Shown in pieces: positions 33,406-64,000 of a stretch of DNA of 64,000 nucleotides. Each line of letters begins with the position of its first letter. The first letter of the stretch is position 1. Origin of the DNA: Macrostomum lignano (lineage: Eukaryota); contig NIVC01000587.1 of the NCBI GenBank assembly GCA_002269645.1, positions 62,001 through 126,000 of the forward strand, written 5' to 3'. The translations under genes were made by a program, and so were the position numbers. The notes beneath the pieces were generated by a model. It had not been told where the DNA came from, searched no databases, and was given only the letters and a program-made list of their open reading frames with translations.

Positions 33406-34680
33406 GCTCACAGTTCAGACAACTGGGAATGTATATTTTAATATCTTACATAAGGCTATAGCTATAGGCTATATTGCCTATATGACTTAATAGGATTTAA
33501 AGAGTTATTTTGTTTCATATTTAAAGGCAGTGCATAAAAAATAGCTTAAGCATGGTTAAGCCTTTAAAGAAAAATGGTTATAAGACCGCACCTAAACCGC
33601 ACCTACTTTTTTAATTTCAGGGTGCGATTTTAAAATTTAGGGTGCATACGCACACTCTGCGCACAAAAAAAAAACCCTGCCCTTAACATGACGTTTCTGT
33701 TGCACGCCAAAAATCTTGAATACCAAAAATCATGTACGCCTCATGTACGTGTGATTTGAATATTAACCGTATTAGATACTATTTTTAAATAAATTTTCTA
33801 CTTATGTTAAACAAAGTTTATACAAAAAAAGGAAATTCGCTACAAAGAACATAGTGAGTATCAAAAACTTTTTCTTCACATTTCAAGAAACAAATAAACT
33901 AAAAGTCTACAAGAGTCACAAAATAAGAGCGTTTAAAAGTTATTGGATATTTTAATTTTAATGTAGGCTATAGAGTGTAGGCCTGGCTGTAGGCTAGGCT
34001 GTAGCCTCAACTAGTTGGTTTAATCAGTATTCAAATTCAATTGTTCACGTTTAACTTTGTATATTGTATATATATATAGTGTATACATCTATATCTGACT
34101 TGTTGATTTACTGTCAGTTTGTAATTGCACACCAAGGTTACACGCCAAGTAAAAAACTTGTACGCTGAAAATTTAGGCATGGCTTGAGACCCCTATTTGC
34201 ACGCCAACTTTGCACCCCAAAATTTTAGCGTGGCTTGTGCACGCGGGAAAATTCCCGCGTGCAGGCCACCTTCCTGAGTATGGCATTAAGGGGCTTCCTC
34301 TTACATTTTAATATATAGCTATTAGTCACTTTGGCAACAAGACACTTCAGCAATGGACACTTCAGTGACAATTTTGGGACAGATAATTTTTTGGCAACTA
34401 TAATTGCCTTATTTATTGGCAAAAAAGGAGACATTTTGGCCTAATTTATTGTTGCCAAAGTGACTGGTAGCCTTAATATTTTCTATTAGGCCCTATAACT
34501 AATCATTTCTAGTTATAGAAATCACATTTTAATTATTTCTTTTTGAAGATAAAAAATTATTCAAATATATCTTTTACTTAATTATCATAAGTCATAAGTA
34601 TAAAAAAGTATATACTATATATACACAAATGTTTTTATTTTGCATGTTATATCCACACTCCAGATAGACTTGATCATGTA

Positions 34681-35474
34681 CAAGGGGTGTTTCAAAAGTA
34701 ATGAGAATTTGTTATAACTTTTGATTGGATAAATGTATGAACCTAAAATTCATCCAATAATTTTACACACATGAACAACTATTAGCTTTATATTTAAAGC
34801 CTTATATAGTTGAATGCAATTGTGTAATTATAAGTGAAAGTCCATGCCTCAAGATTAAAGGTTATGATTTTTGTCTATGGCAGACTCAAAAAGTTTAAAA
34901 TTTGAAGGTTTTTAAACTTTTGCTACTAAATTTGGCTACTTCTCATAAGGACCCACTTTTTCTGCTTTCTATGGGCAAAGTTACTTGGGAATAATCTTGC
35001 AGTTTTGAGCTGCATAGCATTCCTGGTTAAAGTTGCAATTTCTGACTGATGTCGCCACAGAATATTCTGTTAAAGTGGCTCAATTTTTTTCTTACTGAGA
35101 CTATGAATGATCCAAAATTGTCGTGAGTTTTTTTGGGAAAAGGAAATTAACAAAACTAGTGCATCGTTGCGAGAAGGGTATCCAGATGAATGGTAGCTTT
35201 CTAGGGCCTGCTGAAATTGCTGAAGAAATGAAAAATTATGCCAGATTTTTTACTTGATAAACATGTTCAAACTTGGTTATTTTTGCCATAGACAAAAATC
35301 ATAATTTTAAATTTTGAGGCATGATCTTTCATTTACAATTACACAGTTGCATGCAGCTATATAAGGCTTTAAATAAAGCTATTGTGTAAAACTGTTGGGT
35401 GAAAATTTCAGGTTCAAACATTTATCCAATCAAAATTTATGACAAAATTCTTGTTACTTTTGAAATACCCCTCA
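34681..35474. mobile_element. Mariner-type non-autonomous element with about 200-bp TIRs
   Basis: TA|CAAGGGGTGTTTCAAAAGT ... ACTTTTGAAATACCCCTCA|TA, with long inverted arms (about 34681-34890 versus 35280-35474). Confidence 0.8.
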
Positions 35475-36810
35475 TAGTATATATCCAAAAATTTGGGTGT
35501 GCATTGGCCTTGCACATTTAAATTTAGGTATTAGGTATGTAACTCTTATTTCTACCCTCTTAGTCCATAATCAAGATCATATTATATTATATCAGGATAT
35601 ATGTATTCTAGACTATAGATTCTAGTATTCTAGATATAATATGATCCTGACTATGGACTAAGAGGGGAGAAATAAGAGTTATATACCTAATATCAATGTT
35701 TATATCTTACAATATGTAGTTATTTGTCTTAGATATTGTTGCTATAGTCATTAAGACTTATCTATTATCAGATTAGGAAGTCTAAAAATTCCTCTATGGT
35801 ATATAATAGGATGCATAGTCATTTTGTTTGCCACTTTTTTAATGATTTTTTAAAAATAAACAATAAATGACAAGGGGTACTGCAAAAGTTTTTAGCTATA
35901 TCTGAATGGAAGCAGCTAAGCTGCCACTTAGATGTCGACAACCCTTTTCTATCTCATGGAATGCATCAATAGCCTCTGCAGTAAAAAATTTCTAGTCATA
36001 TAGGGAGTCTTTGACTTTAGGGAGCACAAAAAAGTCACAGTGCCAAGAGTATAGGGGGTGACTAGTCAGCTGCAGTCCCTGGGTCTGCAGGAATGGCCAT
36101 GTTGCCTGAGCCATGTGAGTACTCCCATTGTCCTGAGGCCTTGGACACTGGACTTTAGATATGTCTTGCTCAGGCTGTGGATGACCTGTGGCAACCAGAT
36201 GCCAGTATACTAGGCCATTATACTAGGCCAGTATACTAGGAGCACTAGTCTAGCAGCTGCACAGTTGCCATGTGACCTGAGCAATGCAAAAAAGTTGCAA
36301 CCATCTGCTTGCTGGTGCTCCTGCTTTGCACGACCTTTGTTGGCATGGTAGCACCTCATCTGAAAACGCCCACACCTGCGACTTGCACTTGCGCTCTGCC
36401 TCATAGCAGTACATTCAAGTCTCATCGCCTGTCACAATGTTGGCGACCGCTTTTCGATGCTCCATCACTGTACTTCTGTAGCATCTGGTGGCACCAATCG
36501 ACACTGGCATATTTCTGTTCAGGCTGCAGCAGGTGGGGCACCCAGCTACTGATCAGCTTGCACAAGCCAATGTGGTGGTAAAGATTTTTAGCGATTGTCG
36601 GCGAATGAATGCCTTGATCTCCTTGTAGGTTATCCGCCTGTCAGCTTCTACCAGCTGGCGGACACTAACCACTGTTTCTGGTGTCGTGGCAGTTGAAGGT
36701 CGGTCTGTACGCTTCTCATCTTCCATCGTGTCTCAGCCACGACGAAACTCACGGAACCTGTTGCTGGCGGTCGTAGGCGATGAAGCAGCTTCTGCGAAAG
36801 CCGCTGACAG

Positions 36811-37455
36811 CAGTGGCGGCGCAGTATCTCTGGTTGGGGGGGGGGGCAGTAGTTAGGTGGTCACCCCCCTTCCCCTACCAAATCGTAATTAAACAAATAA
36901 AAACATTTGAACTACATACATGCGCAACAGTCGACCGATTTGGCGGCCAACCAAGGAAGTCGCAAAAATGCCCACCCGAAAAATTATCCAAGTAGTAGTA
37001 CTAAGTAGCTGACAGGGCATTTTAGCCTAATAAGACAGTCATAGTTACTCCTGCCGTTTACCCAGAGTAGCGTTAATTTGGCTTTAGGGTTTTTACATGT
37101 AAGTCGCATTTTTGGTCAAAAACAACGTCGCATTTTTGTTAAAACTAAGTCGCACGGCCGACCGAATTTTGGAGGTTGCGCATGTATGTTGAATTAGAAC
37201 ACAAATTTTCTAAGAAAGTGAAAAATTACAAATAAATTATGACACACTTCTTACAAAACGATTGTACAACACGAAAATTCTTATAAAAATGCATTTTTAA
37301 TCATTGATGCAAGTTGCATAGCAGGGGGTGACCATCTGCCCTCCCTTCCTAAGGTCTTTTTTTGAGGGCCGTGGGGATGGTGGGGTGGTCATCCCCCCTT
37401 GAGGCAATGACCTGTGGTCACCCGGGGCAGGTGCTCCCCCCCTGCGCCGCCACTG
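36811..37455. mobile_element. Non-autonomous hAT-like element inserted in the mariner
   Basis: Perfect 14-bp TIR CAGTGGCGGCGCAG / CTGCGCCGCCACTG and a perfect 8-bp TSD GCTGACAG (36803-36810, 37456-37463). Confidence 0.9.
36915..37188. mobile_element. About 270-bp MITE (TIR CATACATGCGCAAC) nested in the hAT element
   Basis: Perfect TIRs, flanks TTGAACTA / TTGAATTA (8 bp, 1 mismatch). The internal sequence is homologous to 1084-1350. Confidence 0.8.
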
Positions 37456-37988
37456 GCTGACAGCCTTTCGTGGCACTGGCGGCAATCAAGGCCGCTGCGA
37501 TAGTCATAAAAGGTCATAGCACGAAAGTGCTCGCGATTCAGTTCATTGAGCTCTGCTGGAAAGTGGGCAGATGTGCTGAAGTTATCTGGCTCCAGTAGCT
37601 GAAGGCTGCAAGATATTTGCGTGAAGTTTTATCCGTCATGGTCATTTGTATTGGCATGTAAGCCTGTGAAAAAAATGAAGCTGATAGGACAAACAGCTTA
37701 TGTGTGGCTAAAAACTTTTGCAGTGTCCATTGTATAGTTAAATATATTGAAAAGGCTGTTTTTCATAATAAGATGTGCTTTATGATATTGCAAGTCAAGG
37801 AATTATAATGAGATATCATTTTGTATGCATAGCTTTGTTTATTGCAATAGTTTCACTGTCAACAGTTACTGTTAAATTGTATAGCATATAACTGTTGTTG
37901 CACATCTTCTGATCTACTAATTAAAGAACAATTGAAATGCTGAGTGCAGCCGTCTAGTTAAAAAATAGTGGAATATTTCAACAGAATT

Positions 37989-59995
<22,007 letters not shown>

Positions 59996-60234
59996 GTTAG
60001 TCATAAACTTGCTCCTTCGTATGTATACAGGTGTTAGGTTTTTTCGATTTTTATAAAAAATTGATGCTCAGCAGCAATCATATCGTGTTCAGATTTAGGA
60101 GCAGAATCGGGATGATCATCAAGACCACCGCCGAAAAATCGCCTATAAGACCTTACCTAAAACTCCCCTGCATCCTGTCTAAAACTCTTCCCTGGATCAT
60201 TGTTAAAATTGCCTATACGCTCGTCGATCTAAAA

Positions 60235-60715
60235 TTTACCATAGACCTAAAAATCGCCCATAGACCTAAAAGTTGCTTATGGACCTAAAAATCGCCCATA
60301 GACCTGAAAATCGCCTATCGACTAAAAAATGCCCATAGACCTAAAAATTCGCCCATAGACCTAAAAATTGCTCATAGACCTAAAAATTCGTCCATATACA
60401 AAAAATCGCCAATAGACCTAAAAATCGCCCATAGACCTAAAAATTGCTCATAGACCTAAAAATCGCCCATAGACCTAAAAATTGCTCATAGACCTAGAAA
60501 TCGCCCATAGACCTGAAAATCGCCCATAGACCTAAAAATTGCTCATAGACCTAAAAATCGCCCATAGACCTAAAAATTGCTCATAGACCTAGAAATCGCC
60601 CATAGACCTAAAAATCGCCCATAGACCTAAAAATTGCTCATAGACCTAAAAATCGCCCATAGACCTAAAAATCGCCCATAGACCTAAAAATTGCTCATAG
60701 ACCTAAAAATCGCCT
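60235..60715. repeat. 19-20-bp minisatellite CATAGACCTAAAAATCGCC / CATAGACCTAAAAATTGCT
   Basis: About 24 copies with alternating variants. Confidence 0.96.
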
Positions 60716-61508
60716 TTATTAGCTTTCGAAAAATCGTCCCTAATGCACATCCAACGTTGCAACAATACCTAGAATAGCCATGTCCACTGGCCTGTGCGTG
60801 TCAAACCCTTATTCAATGTTTGGCCCAGTCGGGCCCACTCCCCCTTGGGGCTATATTCGCCCCCTGGCCACCGATGTGTTTGCTGTTTGTGCCCTGAGCA
60901 CACTGAGCAAGATAAGTATTTGTGTTGCTATATTACTGGCGCACACAGCTCTACAGATTCGAAAATCATTCCCCACTGTCTCATAAAATTGAGAAGTAAA
61001 GCAGAGGTAAGAGGCGTTTCACTTCGCTTATGATTGCGTAATCCTTGCGGAAGGGGAGCGATCGCCTTCTAGGTCCGCCCTCAAGCAATGAATGAGGGGG
61101 TTGCTTCGAACTGAATATTTGGGGAACCTGACCAGCTGACAGCGTCTATGAGAATTTTGGCGACACTTAACGCGAACAACTAAGAGAGGAAGCTACATAT
61201 AAATGAAGCTATGGAGAATTGGACCTACTGTGCTTATCTCGGCTCTGTACCATTGCGCCGATCTTATTATTAATCAAGGAGATGATAGATTAGAGATTAT
61301 CAAAAATCTTTCAAGAAGTTTTGTTGAAGTGTCTCTTGTATATAAAAAGAGATAGATTTGTCGAATAATGAAGAATTATTTAAGTTGTGTCAAGCCTCAA
61401 ATCTGCGAATGCTGTTTACTTGCAGTTATTCATGGTTTACTGATGGTTTGTCAAGGGACAGACGGTACATGTTTGATTTTATTGAAAATTTAATTAGCTA
61501 CTTATAGT

Positions 61509-64000
61509 TGTCGTGTAGCTACCAGTATGTGCATGCACTCAGTACGAGTATTGATTTGTATTTGTACTTTCCTATTATTTCTTTCTCTATTATTATCTAC
61601 GCAAGCTTGGCACGTTAGGTTTGAGTTATTGCTATTTGAGTTATGGGCAAATTGTGTACGCTTAAATTATGTCATCACTCTCGCGCACGCAGCATCGCTT
61701 TACAATATAAATACAGACATCAGAGCTTTGATAGCTCTCTCGTAGTCTTCAACCACTTTAAACAAGCAGCATAGCTGATTTACCACAATGGCGACGAGTT
61801 CAAATGGACGGATTCCGGAGCTCACACAAGACTCCGACTTCGAGATTTACGCGGAGAGAATGGAGCAGTATTTCATCTGCAACAAGGTCGAGTCCACCGA
61901 GGCCAAGCGCGCTACATTTCTCACTGCCATTGGAGAGAAACACTACAAACTGCTTCGGGACCTGTGCCATCCGGACAAGCTGACCACTAAGACATTCGAG
62001 CAACTCAGAGACGTCCTTAAGAACCACTGCTCACCTGCTCCTTCCGAGATTGCTGCCAGATTCAAGTTTCAGCGCAGGATGCAGCAAGAAGGCGAATCGT
62101 TCACAATCTTCCTGGCAGGTCTCAAGTCTGCGGCGGTGCACTGCAATTTCGGCTCAACACTGAATGAGCGACTTCGTGATCAGCTGGTATTTGGCATGAG
62201 TAGCGATGCAATGCGCTCCAAGTTGTTGGAGAGTGCGAACAACTCCTACGAGGCGCTGACCACCCTGGCTATTTCCTTGGAGACTTCGCAGAGATCTTCA
62301 AGCGAAATGTCGCTACCGTCGTCTGCACACCGAGTCACAGCTCAACCAGCTCCAACCGCACGCCCCAGCAGCAGGCAAGCCAATTCGATGAGACCATCAG
62401 CCGGCGCGGCATCGCCCAAGACTAACCGTTGCGACAGCTGCGGAGGCTCTCATTCGCGACAGACCTGCATGCATCGCAGTGCCAAGTGCCACGGCTGCGG
62501 CAGGCTCGGTCATCTCAAGAAGGTCTGCCGTTCATCCAATGCTTCCATCAAGATGGTAGACGAGTCTGACTCCGCCACAGAGGACGAACAGGAGGAGGAG
62601 CCCATCTTCCACGTATCGAGCGCCTCCCGGTCGGCCATCATGGTGCCTCTGCAGGTGGAAAAGACGCTGACGCAGTTTGAGCTGGACACCGGATCAGCTG
62701 TCAGCTTGGCACCAAAGTCCTTCTACGACCAGCATCTCAGCCACCTACCGCTGCGCCCATCGAGGACCACACTGCGTACCTACACTGACCAGGAGTTTTG
62801 CCCGCTCGGCGAGGTGACTGTCAGTATCAACTATGAGGGACAGTCCTATGCGCTGCCACTGCTCATCGTGTCCGAAGGCGGCGCTCGGCTCCTTGGCCTC
62901 AACTGGCTGACGGCCATCCGACTGGACTGGCCCCACTTGACTGCTCCAGTCAACGCCGTAGCGGAGAACCCCAACGACATCGCTGCAGAAATAATTCAGC
63001 AGTTTCCAGACGTCTTCGCGGACAACCTGGGCAAGTACCGACTGGGGGAGGTGAAGTTGCACGTCCAGGACAGCGCCACGCCCCGTTTCTACAAGGCCCG
63101 GCCAGTACCTTACGCCCTACGTGACAGCGTAGACAAGGAACTGCAGCGAATGGAGGCAGAGGGCGTCATCACTCCAATCACCACCTCCGACTGGGCGGCG
63201 CCGATTGTTCCGGTCGTTAAGAAGGATGGCTCGGTGCGCATATGCGGAGACCACAAATGCACCTTCAACCGCGTGGCCAAGCAGGAGCACTATCCATTGC
63301 CGAGGATCGAGGACCTGTTCGCACGGCTGGGCGGCGGCTACAAGTGGAGCAAGCTCGACCTGGCCAAGGCGTTTATGCAGCTGCCGATCTCCGAGGATAG
63401 CAAGCAGTTCCTCGTCGTCAACACCCAGCGAGGACTGTTTCAAGTCAACCGCTTGCCCTTCGGCATCTGCTCGGCCAGCGCCATCTTCCAGCGCGTGCTC
63501 GACACCCTGGTGGGGCACCTCGACGGTGTTCAAGTCTACCAGGATGACATCTTGGTGACGGGCTCTACATTGGCTGCGCACAAGGCCAACCTGATGCAAG
63601 TGCTGCACAAGCTGCAAGAGGCCGGTCTGCACATCAACGTGACCAAGTGCGCCTTCTTCAGAGATTCGATCGACTACCTGGGTCACCGGATCGACCGTCA
63701 CGGTTTGCGGCCACTCGCTGACAAGATCGAGGCCGTGCAGCGTGCGCCGGCGCCGACCGATGTGAGTCAGGTGCGCTCCTACCTGGGCATGCTGACTCAC
63801 TATGCAAAGTTCCTGCCCAACTTGGCGTCGGTTGTAGCACCTCTCAACCACCTGCTTACCAAGGGCGCAACTTGGAAGTGGGGCGATCCCGAGGACCAGG
63901 CCTTCCGTGCTTCAAAGCAGCTGTTGCTGGACTCTAGTGCCCTGATGCACTTCAACCCGGACTTGCCTCTTCGGCTGGAGTGCGACGCGTCAGCATACGG
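61509..64000 (+). mobile_element. Second Ty3/Gypsy retrotransposon, 5' part (LTR about 61509-61787; gag-pol ORF from 61788, open to the window end)
   Basis: A TG...CA segment is followed by the PBS TGGCGACGAG. The ORF MATSSNGRIPEL... has knuckles CDSCGGSH and CHGCGRLGHLKKVC, protease FELDTGSAVS, RT YQDDILVTG (in frame at 63537) and RNase H LECDASAYG. The LTR start cannot be confirmed without the 3' LTR. Confidence 0.93.

Larger units (their letters stand above)
30714..34285. mobile_element. TTAA-flanked non-autonomous DNA transposon (Kolobok-like termini)
   Basis: Left TTAA|GGCCATAGTCAGGAAGGTGGC..TGCACGCGGGAAT. Right end reverse-complemented: TTAA|TGCCATACTCAGGAAGGTGGCCTGCACGCGGGAAT. Subterminal TGCACGCC and CGCACC repeats; no transposase seen. 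Confidence 0.7.
35871..37732 (-). pseudogene. Decayed mariner transposon (transposase pseudogene) with TIRs, interrupted by nested insertions
   Basis: TIRs CAAGGGGTACTGCAAAAGTTTTTAGC (35871) and GCTAAAAACTTTTGCAGTGTCCATTG followed by TA (37707-37734). Minus-strand remnants: NREHFRAMTFYDYRSG (HTH), EDEKRTDRP, WVPHLL, IVTGDET, HPLYS..CDFF, with stops and frameshifts. Confidence 0.88.

Noticed and set aside
62745-63851. Minus-strand ORFs of 105 and 244 aa
   Set aside because: Antisense shadows of the GC3-rich Gypsy pol frame. The same applies to minus ORFs over MSH6, UBE2T and Gypsy 1, and to plus ORFs over KLC.

Overview
Eukaryotic genomic DNA with spliceosomal GT-AG introns, GC-rich exons, and AT-rich introns packed with minisatellites. 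The overall style resembles a free-living flatworm such as Macrostomum, but that assignment is inference only. Three genes lie in tandem on the + strand: UFM1 (2 exons), a complete 14-exon MSH6 (about 1415 aa; PIP box, PWWP, MutS domains) and an intronless UBE2T. A multi-exon + strand gene then starts at about 37989 and runs off the window; it is not in the ORF track and encodes spectrin-repeat-like helices. Three antisense genes are nested in introns: a 95-aa secreted six-cysteine protein (MSH6 intron 3), a 444-aa N-myristoylated ankyrin/SOCS-box-like protein (MSH6 intron 11), and a 4-exon kinesin light chain lacking the LFP autoinhibitory motif (inside the spectrin-like gene). Mobile DNA includes a young Ty3/Gypsy element with identical LTRs and a 5-bp TSD, the 5' part of a second Gypsy, a decayed mariner containing a hAT MITE that itself contains another MITE, a TTAA-flanked element with a long internal palindrome, and five tRNA-derived SINE copies. 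Several tandem arrays are built from transcription-factor-like motifs (HSE, kB, GAS/STAT, CCAAT). All gene models were assembled by eye from splice signals, phase compatibility and recalled homology; no database searches were run.
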